Positions 18,939 through 28,609 of a DNA stretch of 64,000 nt are shown in pieces. A model generated the notes under the pieces. The model was not told the origin of the DNA. It saw only the letters and a program-made list of their open reading frames with translations, and ran no database searches. The position numbers and the translations under genes are program-made. This DNA comes from Armatimonadota bacterium. Its GTDB lineage: Bacteria; Armatimonadota; SYMT01. The DNA lies in the NCBI GenBank assembly GCA_046292385.1, contig JBKBRF010000018.1, forward strand, positions 55,446 through 119,445, written 5' to 3'. Positions within the stretch are counted from its first letter, which is position 1. The number at the start of each line of letters is the position of its first letter.

Positions 18939-20699
18939 ATGAACGCCACTTCTGAAAACCTCCCGCCGCGCGAGCCGAATCGCGGTCGCGGCACCACCGG
19001 ATTGCTGTTGTTCGTAGCAGCCCTGTTCCTTGCGGCTGCGGCCGTGTTCTTCGTGGGCACTCCGGAGACCCGCGCGCAGGAGCCGGTTGCCCGGTTCGCC
19101 GTCATTGGGGACTTCGGCCAGGCGGGCCAGCCGGAGGCGGACGTCGCGGCCCTGGTGAAGAGCCTGAACCCGGACTTCATCGTCACCGTGGGCGACAACA
19201 ACTACCCGAGCGGTTCCGCGGCGACGATCGATCAGAACATCGGACAGTACTATTCCGAATTCATCTATCCCTATACCGGCAGCTTCGCTCGCTCTCCGGT
19301 CGCGGAGAACCGGTTCTTCCCTACCCTCGGCAATCACGACTGGAGCTCCACCTCTGGGTACCAGCCGTACCTGAGCTACTTCACGCTGCCGAACAACGAG
19401 CGCTACTACGAGCTGGCGCGGGGGCCGGTCCACCTCTTCGCTCTCAACAGCGATACGCACGAGCCGGATGGAACCAGTCGCACCTCCGTCCAGGCCAACT
19501 GGCTGCGGCAGAAGCTGCAGGCTTCCACCGCTCCCTGGAAGCTGGTGTTCCTGCATCACCCGCCTTACTGCTCGGACGGATCCACGAGCGGAGTCCGCTG
19601 GCCCTACCACGACTGGGGAGCGACGGCCGTCTTCGCCGGCCACGAGCACGTGTACGAGCGTCTCGTCCGTGACGGCTACCTGTACTTCGTCAACGGCCTG
19701 GGGGGTGGCGAGATCCATCCGATGAATGACCCGATCACCGGGAGCATGTTCCGGTACGACCAGGACTATGGAGCGCAGTTGATCACTGCCGGCTCCCAGA
19801 GCCTCACCTTCGAATTCTTCAGCCGCACGGGCGCGCTGATCGACTCCTTCACGCTGGGTACTCCCGCTCCGGCAGCGCCCGGCAGCCTGGCCGCTGCCAC
19901 CGTCTCTTCGTCGAAGATCAGCCTCACCTGGAGGGATAACTCGACGACCGAGACCGGCTTCAAGATTGAGCGCTCCACCGATGGCAAGACGTTTAGCCAG
20001 GTCAAGGCGGTGGGGGCTAACGTGACCAGCTACCTCAATACCAGCCTGGCCGGAGCGACGACTTACACCTACCGCGTGCGAGCCTACAACGCGGCAGGAA
20101 ACTCGACCTACTCCAACCTGGCTTCCGCGCAGACCTGGGGGCCACCCACCTCCGCCCCGAGCGAGTTGACGGCTGCGAGCGTCTCGACTTCGAGGATCAA
20201 CCTGGCGTGGAAGGACAACACCACGACCGAAGACGGCTTCAAGATCGAGCGCTCCGCAAACGGAGGTACCTTCACGCAGATCAAAACGGTCGGGGCGAAC
20301 GTCACCAGCTACGCCAACTCCAGCCTGGCTGCGGAGACGGCTTACACCTATCGCGTGCGCGCGTACAACGCGGCCGGGAGCTCGCCCTACTCGAACACCG
20401 CCTCCGCGACCACCTGGGGCCCGGCAGCGCCCAGCGGCCTGACTGCCACGGCCGCCTCTTCTTCGAGGATCGACCTGGTCTGGCAGGACAACTCCGCCGT
20501 GGAGGATGGCTATCAGCTCTACCGTTCGCTGGACGGGTCGAGCTTCAGCCTGATCGCCTCGCTCGGCGCGAACGTGACCAGCTACGCCGGCACCGGCCTA
20601 TCCCCGTCGACCCGGTACTACTATCGGGTGCGCGCTTTCAACGCGAAGGCCACTTCGGGATACTCGAACGTCGCCAGCACCACCACGCTGGCGCAGTGA
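18939..20699 (+). CDS. Secreted metallophosphoesterase with three fibronectin type III repeats
   Basis: GDFG, GDNNY, GNHD, HHPPY, GHEH motifs; three repeats of APxxL...W.DN...Y.YRVRA.N; start placed at internal ATG. Confidence 0.9.
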   Translation: MNATSENLPPREPNRGRGTTGLLLFVAALFLAAAAVFFVGTPETRAQEPVARFAVIGDFGQAGQPEADVAALVKSLNPDFIVTVGDNNYPSGSAATIDQNIGQYYSEFIYPYTGSFARSPVAENRFFPTLGNHDWSSTSGYQPYLSYFTLPNNERYYELARGPVHLFALNSDTHEPDGTSRTSVQANWLRQKLQASTAPWKLVFLHHPPYCSDGSTSGVRWPYHDWGATAVFAGHEHVYERLVRDGYLYFVNGLGGGEIHPMNDPITGSMFRYDQDYGAQLITAGSQSLTFEFFSRTGALIDSFTLGTPAPAAPGSLAAATVSSSKISLTWRDNSTTETGFKIERSTDGKTFSQVKAVGANVTSYLNTSLAGATTYTYRVRAYNAAGNSTYSNLASAQTWGPPTSAPSELTAASVSTSRINLAWKDNTTTEDGFKIERSANGGTFTQIKTVGANVTSYANSSLAAETAYTYRVRAYNAAGSSPYSNTASATTWGPAAPSGLTATAASSSRIDLVWQDNSAVEDGYQLYRSLDGSSFSLIASLGANVTSYAGTGLSPSTRYYYRVRAFNAKATSGYSNVASTTTLAQ

Positions 20700-20840
20700 G
20701 GTGAATCTTCCGGGCCGGCCAGCTCCCTGCCGGCCCGGTTAACAGCCGCTCTGCGACACTCCAGCCAGCCTGCCGTAAACTGACCTGTGGCGGGGTGTGC
20801 CGGGCGACAGCGTTCGCGACTCCCCCAGAGGCAAAAAACC

Positions 20841-21227
20841 ATGCGCTGCGAGAAATGCGGGAGCGAGAACCCCGGAGAGAAGAAGTTCTGTGGTGACTGC
20901 GGCACTGCGCTCGCCAGGACCGCGGCGGGAGTGGAAGCGGGCCCGGAACCGGGCGTCTACTACTGCGCCCGGCACAAGAAGGAGCAGACCCGCGTCACCT
21001 GCGGTCGCTGCGAGGCGCCGGTCTGCACCCGGTGCGCGGTCTACGGGCCGGTGGGGGTCCGGTGTCGCGACTGCGCCAGAAACCGCGTGCCCCTCCGTCC
21101 CCGGGGGCTCCTGCACAGCGCCGGAAGCGCCGTGGAGCGCAACGCCGGCCGCACCGTCTGGTACCTGGCGATCTGGTACTTCATCGTGAGCGCCGTCAGC
21201 AACCTGTTCGGGGGGAGCGACACCTGA
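20841..21227 (+). CDS. Zinc-ribbon + B-box-like zinc finger membrane protein
   Basis: CEKCG...FCGDCG; CARH...CGRC...CTRC...CRDC; C-terminal hydrophobic helix. Confidence 0.75.
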   Translation: MRCEKCGSENPGEKKFCGDCGTALARTAAGVEAGPEPGVYYCARHKKEQTRVTCGRCEAPVCTRCAVYGPVGVRCRDCARNRVPLRPRGLLHSAGSAVERNAGRTVWYLAIWYFIVSAVSNLFGGSDT

Positions 21228-21280
21228 TCGACGATGAAGGGTTGATTGAACCGGGAGTGTCGACCACTTCTCGGGTGGAG

Positions 21281-21437
21281 GCGTATTGCGTAGCGCGTAT
21301 TGCGTAGCGGCCGGCCTGTCCCTCGTGACGGACAATCCTGCCGGCCGAGGCGCTGAACGCCTGCATCTCGCCCGGCACTCCGCTGCCGCATAGCGGTAGC
21401 TGCGCCTCGCTACGCAATACGCGATACGAAATACGCG
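21281..21437. repeat. Family B palindromic element (heptamer-tailed), diverged copy
   Basis: CGTATTG-CGTAGCG ... TGCCGGCCGAG / CTCGCCCGGCA ... CGCTACG-CAATACG tails; between convergent genes. Confidence 0.8.
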
Positions 21438-21444
21438 CTGTGCG

Positions 21445-22551
21445 CTACGCGATACGTGCGATGTCCTCGCTCATCGGCTCCGGTCGCTCGTACGGTGCCG
21501 TGGGCTCCAGGGCCTGGCCGGTGGCGGAGGACTCCAGAAAGCCCTGCATCAGGTCCAGCACGGCGAACGCCTGCTCCGCGCTGGCGCGGTGGGGACGGCC
21601 GGAGCGGAGGGCGTGCGCCATGTCCGCCAGGCCGACGGCCCGGCCGAAGCCGGCCGGAGACGCATGGGGAAGCTCCCGCCACTCCCCCTCCCCTACCCGG
21701 CGAAGCTGCACCGCGCCGTCGAAGGTGTTGGGGTCCGGAACCTTGAGGGTGCCTTCGGTGCCGTAGAGGGTAATCGGGAACCCCTTCTCATACGTGGGGT
21801 TGGCGGTCGCGAAGCTGGTCGTGAGCGTCCCCAGCGCGCCGTTCTGGAATTCCAGCGTCGCGCAGACGTGGTCGGGGGTCTCGACCGTAATCCGCTTCCC
21901 GCGCTTCGGCTCGCTGGTGATGGTGCGCTCCGGGATTGCCACCGTCGCCATCCCGCTGTAGCGGCGCACCGGGCCCAGGAGGTTCAGCAGCGCCGTCAGG
22001 TAGTACGGCCCCATGTCGAACATCGGGCCGCCGCCGGGCTCGTAGTAGAACTCCGGGCTGGGATGCCACGACTCATGCCCCGGGCAGAGCATAAAGGCGG
22101 TAAAGGCGACCGGCCGCCCGATGAGCCCGTCGTCGACCGCCTTCCGTGCCGTCTGGATGCCCGCGCCGAGGAAAGTGTCCGGCGCGCACCCCACCCGCAG
22201 GCCGGCGCGGCGGGCAGCGTCGAGCACCGCCTTTCCCTCGGCGCGGGTGACCGCCAGCGGCTTCTCGAGGAAGACGTGCCTCCCTCGCTCCAGCGCCGCG
22301 AGCGTCACCGGCGCGTGCGCCCGCGGCACAGTGAGGTTCAGCACCACCTCGAGGTCCGGGGCGGAGAGCAGCGCTTCCGGAGAGAGCACCCGCGGGACGC
22401 CGAACTCCTCTGCTCGGACGCGCGCCTTTTCCTCGTCCAGGTCCGCGCACGCCGCCATCCGCAGGATCGGCAGCTTCGCCGCCATCCGGAAGTACTGCGC
22501 GCTGATGGCGCCGCATCCAATCACGCCCACGTTCACTGGTCGATCAAGCAT
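21445..22551 (-). CDS. Gfo/Idh/MocA oxidoreductase
   Basis: GVIGCGAIS, NLTVP, EKP, CAPDTFLG, DMGPYY. Confidence 0.93.
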   Translation of the reverse strand: MLDRPVNVGVIGCGAISAQYFRMAAKLPILRMAACADLDEEKARVRAEEFGVPRVLSPEALLSAPDLEVVLNLTVPRAHAPVTLAALERGRHVFLEKPLAVTRAEGKAVLDAARRAGLRVGCAPDTFLGAGIQTARKAVDDGLIGRPVAFTAFMLCPGHESWHPSPEFYYEPGGGPMFDMGPYYLTALLNLLGPVRRYSGMATVAIPERTITSEPKRGKRITVETPDHVCATLEFQNGALGTLTTSFATANPTYEKGFPITLYGTEGTLKVPDPNTFDGAVQLRRVGEGEWRELPHASPAGFGRAVGLADMAHALRSGRPHRASAEQAFAVLDLMQGFLESSATGQALEPTAPYERPEPMSEDIARIA

Positions 22552-22942
22552 TCTGATCCGAGTCCGAGTCGGGATCTACGTCACTTGGCAGGCGTCTCTG
22601 CCGAACTTGCTGTCTCTCGACGATTGTAAAGCGGTGCAACGCTTCGAAATCTGGGCGTCCCAGTAGCTCCAAGAGGATGTCAGCCGGCTCTTCTGCGTGT
22701 TTCGGCTGCAATCGAAAGTAAATCACTCCCGGAACGCCGAGTTGCCGAAACCGGAACACCAGTTCCCCATAATCACGATCGAACGTCAGAATGACACGGG
22801 CTTGCTCTGCCGCAGAGCGGAGCACTACCTCATCCTGCGCTCCCGGGGCTGACAATGCCACCGAATCGACCTGAAAACCGGCCGACATCAACTTCCGCAC
22901 GCTCGGCAACGGAAAGTTCTCATTCGCCAGGAAACGGATCAT
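22544..22942 (-). CDS. DUF5615 PIN-like putative toxin
   Basis: MIRFLANENFP...ILTFDRDYGELVF; ATGA overlap with the upstream DUF433 gene. Confidence 0.85.
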   Translation of the reverse strand: MIRFLANENFPLPSVRKLMSAGFQVDSVALSAPGAQDEVVLRSAAEQARVILTFDRDYGELVFRFRQLGVPGVIYFRLQPKHAEEPADILLELLGRPDFEALHRFTIVERQQVRQRRLPSDVDPDSDSDQNA

Positions 22943-23178
22943 GCGGCCGGATCGAGAGTAAGCAGGACTCCATCTCGGGTACACTCCTGCGCATATGCGA
23001 AGACAGCCCGCAGCGCCGCGGGGGTAAGGGTGGGATAGCTATCCAGCACCTGTGCTTCCGTCCATCCCGCCGCGAACAGGCCCAACAGGAACTCGACAGA
23101 AAGGCGCGTTCCGCGGACCACCGGCTTGCCTGCGAGGATCCCCGGATCAGTGTGAATGTAGTCGCCCCAGTTCATCAC
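22939..23178 (-). CDS. DUF433 putative antitoxin
   Basis: IHTDPGILAGKPVVRGTRLSVE...YPTLT. Confidence 0.9.
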   Translation of the reverse strand: MMNWGDYIHTDPGILAGKPVVRGTRLSVEFLLGLFAAGWTEAQVLDSYPTLTPAALRAVFAYAQECTRDGVLLTLDPAA

Positions 23179-23460
23179 CTAAGCCCCCGATTGTGGTTGC
23201 CGGAAGCCCCCGCTCAACTGATAAGCCGCCTGCCGCCCGATGCGCAGCGTGTACACGGTGGCGCCTGGGATCTCGTCCATGAGGCGAGTGGTCGCGGTGA
23301 GGTCGTCCTCCGCGATCTGGTAGCGCCCGCTCATTACGTCCAGTGCGAGAAACTGCCCGCGGTGGGTCTCCTCCAGGCGAGAACGAAGCTCTCGCTCGTA
23401 CAGCGCCTCACCGCGGCGGCCGATCTCGTCCGGTGTCATCGCAGATTGTAACCGTGTCAT
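23179..23460 (-). CDS. Small hypothetical protein (DUF5678-like)
   Basis: GEALYERELR...HRGQFLALDVMSG...TLRIG pattern. Confidence 0.65.
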   Translation of the reverse strand: MTRLQSAMTPDEIGRRGEALYERELRSRLEETHRGQFLALDVMSGRYQIAEDDLTATTRLMDEIPGATVYTLRIGRQAAYQLSGGFRQPQSGA

Positions 23461-23499
23461 GCCGGTATCATATCCTTGCCAGCGGGAACACCCCACCCC

Positions 23500-24456
23500 T
23501 TACTTCGCGGGGAAGAACGGGAAGAGCTTGCGGATCTCCTCTTCGCCGGGGCGGCGTCCGTACTCGCAGATCTCGAACGCTTCCGCGTAGCGGAACTGGG
23601 GGGCGCGGTCCGCGCCGTACCACTTCGCGAGCGCCGCGCGGTGGCGGTTGGCGCTGTTGGCGTTGCGGTTGCGGAAGCCGTCCCGCACCGCGGCCCGCCG
23701 GCGCTCCTGGCCGGCGGCGTCCTTCGGCAGGTTAGCGGCGTTGCCGTTGGCGCCGCCTTCGTAGAACTGGGAGACGAGTGCGTCGAGCGCGTCGAGCTTC
23801 TTCTCGATCACGTCGTCGATACCGACCACGATGTCGGCCGAGAACGGGTTCGGCTTCTGGAATCCGTCTTCGTTGTAGAGGAAGACCGGGTTCCGCGTGA
23901 GGTAGGGCGTGTCCGGGCAGAAGAACGGGACGGTGACCATGTAGGCGGCGTCCTGCACCAGCACGCCGACGTACCGGTGGTCCGGGTGGTAGTCGTTCGG
24001 GCGGTGGCTGATCACCACGTCGGCGTTCCAGTCGCGGATCAGCCGCGTTACGGTGCGCCGGTTCTCCAGCGTGGGGAGCAGCTCGCCGTCGTGGACGTCC
24101 ATCACTTCGGTGTCGATACCGAGGATCTTCGCCGCCTGCTCCACCTCCGCGCGGCGCCGGATGGCGAGCGCTCCGCCGGCCATCTGGAAGTGGCCGATGT
24201 CGCCGTTGGTGCAGGAGACGAACTTGACCTTGTGCCCCTGTGCGGCCCACTTGGCGGCGCAGCCGCCCTGGCGGATCTCGCAGTCGTCCGGGTGCGCTCC
24301 GAAGGCGATGATGCGCAGCTTGCCGTCGGTTGCCGGCGGCCGGGCCGTCGGCTCCTGCGCGGCGGCGGTGCGGCCGAGCGCGGTATCGATCGTGAGCGCG
24401 GCGGCGGAGCCTGCCAGCAGTGCGGCAAAGCGGCGGCGGTTGATGGGGGCGGTCAT
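23500..24456 (-). CDS. Tat-exported PIG-L family deacetylase
   Basis: NRRRF Tat motif, GAHPDD, YHPDH, AEAFE. Confidence 0.9.
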   Translation of the reverse strand: MTAPINRRRFAALLAGSAAALTIDTALGRTAAAQEPTARPPATDGKLRIIAFGAHPDDCEIRQGGCAAKWAAQGHKVKFVSCTNGDIGHFQMAGGALAIRRRAEVEQAAKILGIDTEVMDVHDGELLPTLENRRTVTRLIRDWNADVVISHRPNDYHPDHRYVGVLVQDAAYMVTVPFFCPDTPYLTRNPVFLYNEDGFQKPNPFSADIVVGIDDVIEKKLDALDALVSQFYEGGANGNAANLPKDAAGQERRRAAVRDGFRNRNANSANRHRAALAKWYGADRAPQFRYAEAFEICEYGRRPGEEEIRKLFPFFPAK

Positions 24457-24654
24457 GGCGGTTCTCCTCCCGGTGGGCGGGACGCGAGGCGAGGTCGACT
24501 ATGGCTCAATTCCCGGTTTAATCGGGATCTCCCTGCCCTCCCCGGTCGGAGCATTCCGGAAGGATGCTCCGGGCTGCGGCGCGAATCAGCAGGTGCCGGC
24601 CCGAGGCTGGGCCGCGCCACCTTCAGTCGCTGAATCACGCGGAGCCGCGTCTCT

Positions 24655-27369
24655 ATGAATAGCCTGACTCTCCTTACCCTGCTCTCCGGCATCACCCTCG
24701 CCAGCGGCCTGGCCGCGGGCGCGGGCGCCGCCGCCGATCCGCCCCTGGCGGTGGGTCAACTCCAGTGCGAGTACCTGGTGAACCCGCTCGGCCTCGATAC
24801 CGCCCGCCCGCGACTCCGGTGGGTGCTCACCTCGCCGCGGCGCGGGGAGCGGCAGACCGCCTACCAGGTGCTGGTCGCCTCCACGCCGGAGCTGCTGCGG
24901 CGGGACCGGGGCGACCTGTGGGACAGCGGAAAGGTGCCTTCGGACCAGTCCGCGCAGGTCCCGTACGGCGGAAAGCCGCTGGAGGCGACCCAGCGGGCCT
25001 ACTGGAAGGTCCGCGCCTGGGGCCGCGACGGCGGCAAACCGACCGCCTGGAGCGAAGCGGCCTGGTGGGAGATGGGGCTGCCGCGGCCGGAGGACTGGCA
25101 CGGAGAGTGGATCGGCCGGACGCGCGAGACGGAGTACCAGCCCGCTCCGCTGCTGCGGCGGGAGTTCAACGTAGACGGGCGGGTGAAGCGCGCCCGCGCT
25201 TACGTGAGCGGCCTGGGCTACTACGAGCTGCGGCTGAACGGCGAGAAGGTGGGCGATCATCACCTCGATCCTGGCTACACCCGCTACGACCGCCGCGCGC
25301 TCTACTCCACGTACGACGTCACCCCGCTGCTGCGGCGCGGCAAGAACGCGGTCGGCGCGATGCTCGGCACCGGCTGGCACAACGTCCACACCAAGGCAGT
25401 CTGGTACTTCGACCGCGCTCCCTGGCGGGCGGCTCCGCGGCTGCGGACGGAGCTGCGGATCGAGTACACCGACGGCCGCACGGAGACCATCGTCTCCGAT
25501 GAGAGCTGGAAGACGAGCACCGGCCCGGTCGTCTTCGACAGCATCTACGGCGGGGAGTCGTACGACGCCCGCGAAGAGAAGGCGGGGTGGGATCGCGCCG
25601 GCTACGACGACCGCGGCTGGCAGTCCGCCCTGGTGGTCCCTGCCCCCGGCGGCGCCGTCTCCGCGCAGCAGATGCCGCCGATCAAGATCACCGACACGTT
25701 GAAGCCGGTCCGCGTGACGGAGCCGAAGCCGGGCGTCTTCATCTTCGACATCGGCCAGAACATGGCGGGTCACGCGCAGCTCCGGGTGGAGGGTCCGGCC
25801 GGGACGAAGATCACGCTGCGGTACGGCGAGCGGCTCCACCCGGACGGCACCCTCGACCGCGCGGCGATCGCGCAGCACATGATCAAGGACCCGCCGCAGC
25901 GGTTCCAGACCGACGAGTACACGCTGAAGGGCGACGGCACCGAGGTCTGGGAGCCGCGCTTCACCTACCACGGCTTCCAGTACGTGGAGGTGACCGGATT
26001 CCCGGGCAAGCCGACGCTCGATAGCCTGCGCGCGCGGGTGGTCCACTCCGCCGTGGAGCGGGCCGGGGAGCTCGAAACCTCCAGCGAGCTGGTGAACCGC
26101 ATCCAGCGGGCCACGCGCTGGGCCTACCTGAGCAACCTGCACAGCATTCCGACCGACTGCCCCCACCGGGAGAAGAACGGCTGGACCGGCGACGCACACC
26201 TGGCGGCGGAGCTGGGCATCTTCAACTATCACCCGGCGGCGGTCTACACCAAGTGGATCCAGGACCTCTCCGATGAGATGCGGGAGAGCGGCGAGCTGCC
26301 CGGAATCGTGCCGACGAGCGGCTGGGGCTACGAGTGGGGCAACGGCCCCGCCTGGGACAGCGCCTTCCTTCTGATTCCCTGGTACCTCTACCAGTACTAC
26401 GGCGACACCCGCATCCTGGAGACGAACTACCCCAAGATGCGGCGGTACGTCGATTACCTCACCACCAAGGCGAAGGACGGCATCGTCTCGATCGGCCTGG
26501 GCGACTGGGTAGCGCCCGGACCGACGGCACCGACGGAGGTGACCTCGACCGGCTACTACTACGTCGACGCGCGGATCGTAGCCGACACCGCGCGCCTGCT
26601 CGGCAAAGAAGCCGATGCGAAGAAGTACTCCGAGCTGGCGGACAGCATCCGCGACGCCTTCAACCGGACGTTCTTCAAGCCGGAGACGGCGCAGTACGCC
26701 GACGGCAGCCAGGCGGCGCTCTCCTGCGCGCTTTACCAGGGACTGGTGCCGAAGGGCGAGGAGCAGCGGGTGCTGAAGAACCTGGTCGCCGCGGTGGACA
26801 AGCACGACGGCCACGTCTTCGCCGGCATCCTGGGGACGAAGTACCTCCTCCACGCGCTGCGGGACAACGGCCGGCCGGATGTCGCGTATCGGGTGACCGC
26901 GCAGACTACTTTCCCGAGCTGGGGCCACTGGCTGGAGCAGGGCGCCACCACCCTGTGGGAGGCGTGGAACGGCACCGACTCGCGGAACCACATCATGTTC
27001 GGCGACGTGAGCGCCTGGTTCTATCGGGCGCTGGCGGGCATCAACCCGGACCCGGCCGGTCCCGGCTTCAAGAAGGTGATCATCCGGCCCTACCTGCCGG
27101 AGGGGATGACCTTCGCCCGTGCTACCTACCCCAGCATCCACGGCACCATCCAGAGCGGCTGGACGCGGGATCGGAGCGGCGTAACGCTGGCGGTCACGAT
27201 CCCGGCAAACAGCAGCGCCACCGTCTATGTGCCCGCCGCCGAGAACCACCGGGTGATCGAGGGCGGCCGTCCTGCGGAGACTGCCGAAGGGGTCCGCTTC
27301 CTGCGGCGAGAGGGCGAGGCCATGGTCTACGAGATCGGCTCCGGCAGCTACCGTTTCCAGGTGCGTTGA
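24655..27369 (+). CDS. Alpha-L-rhamnosidase (GH78), secreted
   Basis: PTDCPHREKNGWTGD, FTYHGFQY, GATTLWE, SRNHIM; signal peptide. Confidence 0.93.
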   Translation: MNSLTLLTLLSGITLASGLAAGAGAAADPPLAVGQLQCEYLVNPLGLDTARPRLRWVLTSPRRGERQTAYQVLVASTPELLRRDRGDLWDSGKVPSDQSAQVPYGGKPLEATQRAYWKVRAWGRDGGKPTAWSEAAWWEMGLPRPEDWHGEWIGRTRETEYQPAPLLRREFNVDGRVKRARAYVSGLGYYELRLNGEKVGDHHLDPGYTRYDRRALYSTYDVTPLLRRGKNAVGAMLGTGWHNVHTKAVWYFDRAPWRAAPRLRTELRIEYTDGRTETIVSDESWKTSTGPVVFDSIYGGESYDAREEKAGWDRAGYDDRGWQSALVVPAPGGAVSAQQMPPIKITDTLKPVRVTEPKPGVFIFDIGQNMAGHAQLRVEGPAGTKITLRYGERLHPDGTLDRAAIAQHMIKDPPQRFQTDEYTLKGDGTEVWEPRFTYHGFQYVEVTGFPGKPTLDSLRARVVHSAVERAGELETSSELVNRIQRATRWAYLSNLHSIPTDCPHREKNGWTGDAHLAAELGIFNYHPAAVYTKWIQDLSDEMRESGELPGIVPTSGWGYEWGNGPAWDSAFLLIPWYLYQYYGDTRILETNYPKMRRYVDYLTTKAKDGIVSIGLGDWVAPGPTAPTEVTSTGYYYVDARIVADTARLLGKEADAKKYSELADSIRDAFNRTFFKPETAQYADGSQAALSCALYQGLVPKGEEQRVLKNLVAAVDKHDGHVFAGILGTKYLLHALRDNGRPDVAYRVTAQTTFPSWGHWLEQGATTLWEAWNGTDSRNHIMFGDVSAWFYRALAGINPDPAGPGFKKVIIRPYLPEGMTFARATYPSIHGTIQSGWTRDRSGVTLAVTIPANSSATVYVPAAENHRVIEGGRPAETAEGVRFLRREGEAMVYEIGSGSYRFQVR

Positions 27370-27395
27370 GGTGTCGGCGATAAGATCTGCCGAAT

Positions 27396-27497
27396 TCGCG
27401 CCTCGGGCTGAAGTCGAGGCTACAGAGAGCAAAGCTTGCCTCCGCGGGCTCAGACCTGCCGGTCCGAAAGCACCGCAGTACTTACGTCGCACCCCTT
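27396..27497. repeat. REP-like family A element (GTAG-headed palindrome)
   Basis: TCGCGCCTCGGRCTGAAGTCGAGGCTACAGAGAGC...ACTTACGTCGC shared with 39701-39800. Confidence 0.8.
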
Positions 27498-27669
27498 AGT
27501 CTGCCCGCCAGACCGACCTGCCCTCCGGCCGCGGCCCTTCCGGAAGCTCCGGGAGGGCCGCGGTGCTTTCCGCCCGGCTCAACCGACCGGGCGCTTCGTT
27601 TCCCCGGGAGCAGGGCTCGGGTAACACCCTCCGAGTCCTGGGAGAGCGAAGCGCGAGCGGAAGGGAGGC

Positions 27670-28200
27670 GTGATGAGGATTCTGACGACGATTGGCCTGG
27701 CGTTAGCCGTGATGGGGCTAGCCGGATGTAACCAGAACCGAGAGAGCCAGGTCGACGACCAGGTAGCCGGATTCCGGGAGCAGGTGCAGACTGCGACCGA
27801 GCAGGCGCAGTCGGCGGCGAGGAATGCCGCTCTGGAGAGCAAGATCAAGACGGTCCTGCTGAGCCGCAAGGGGCTGAACGCGAAGGAGATCGACGTCCAG
27901 GCGCAGGGCGACCGCGTGGTGCTGAAGGGCGACGTAGCGGACGTGGCGCAGGCCCGCCTGGCGGAAGAGACCGCGATGGAGGTGGAGGGCGTGACCTCCG
28001 TCGACAACCAGCTGATGATCCGCGTGCCGGCCACGCAGGTCCCCGTGACCCCGCAGACCCGCGAGCCGCTGATCCCGCAGACACGGGAGCCGGTCCCGGC
28101 GCCGGGCACCAATCCCGGCCCGTTCGGACCGGAGCGGTTCAACGAGACGCCGTCGCAGCCGGCTCCGCTGCAGCCGCAGCGGCCGCTCTCCCCTCGATAG
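27670..28200 (+). CDS. BON-domain lipoprotein with Pro-rich tail
   Basis: Lipobox LAGC; IDVQAQGDRVVLKG...VEGVTSVDNQL; RBS GGGAGG. Confidence 0.85.
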   Translation: MMRILTTIGLALAVMGLAGCNQNRESQVDDQVAGFREQVQTATEQAQSAARNAALESKIKTVLLSRKGLNAKEIDVQAQGDRVVLKGDVADVAQARLAEETAMEVEGVTSVDNQLMIRVPATQVPVTPQTREPLIPQTREPVPAPGTNPGPFGPERFNETPSQPAPLQPQRPLSPR

Positions 28201-28249
28201 ACTCTGGGCGCGGCCGGGAGCCTGCGTGGCTTCCCGGCCGCCTGCAGCG

Positions 28250-28555
28250 TCACTCGTCCTCGTCTTCCACCAACTCCTGGCCGGCGGTGTCGACGTGCGT
28301 GCTCACTCCCCCGCCAATCGCGTGGGGATGATGCAGGACGCTGGGACGCACGCGCGGGGCGGTGAGGCCGGTCAGTCCTTCCTGCCCCACGATGTCGGCG
28401 GGGCGGTTCTCGTCGACGGCGCCGGGGCCGCTCACGGGTGCCGTGGCGGGTTCACCCAGACCGCTGCCGATCGGCCGCGGCGCTACTTCCTCGGCGGCGC
28501 CTACGTCCTGGTCGCGCCGCGTGCCGCGGTCCGGTCCGTTCGCTGCTTCGCGCAT
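28250..28555 (-). CDS. Hypothetical, probably disordered protein
   Basis: AAGGAGG RBS upstream; no recognisable motif. Confidence 0.55.
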   Translation of the reverse strand: MREAANGPDRGTRRDQDVGAAEEVAPRPIGSGLGEPATAPVSGPGAVDENRPADIVGQEGLTGLTAPRVRPSVLHHPHAIGGGVSTHVDTAGQELVEDEDE

Positions 28556-28609
28556 CTCGAGGTCCTCCTTACCGGAGGCTATAGCCCGGGCGCGCCGGTG
28601 ACAAAACGC

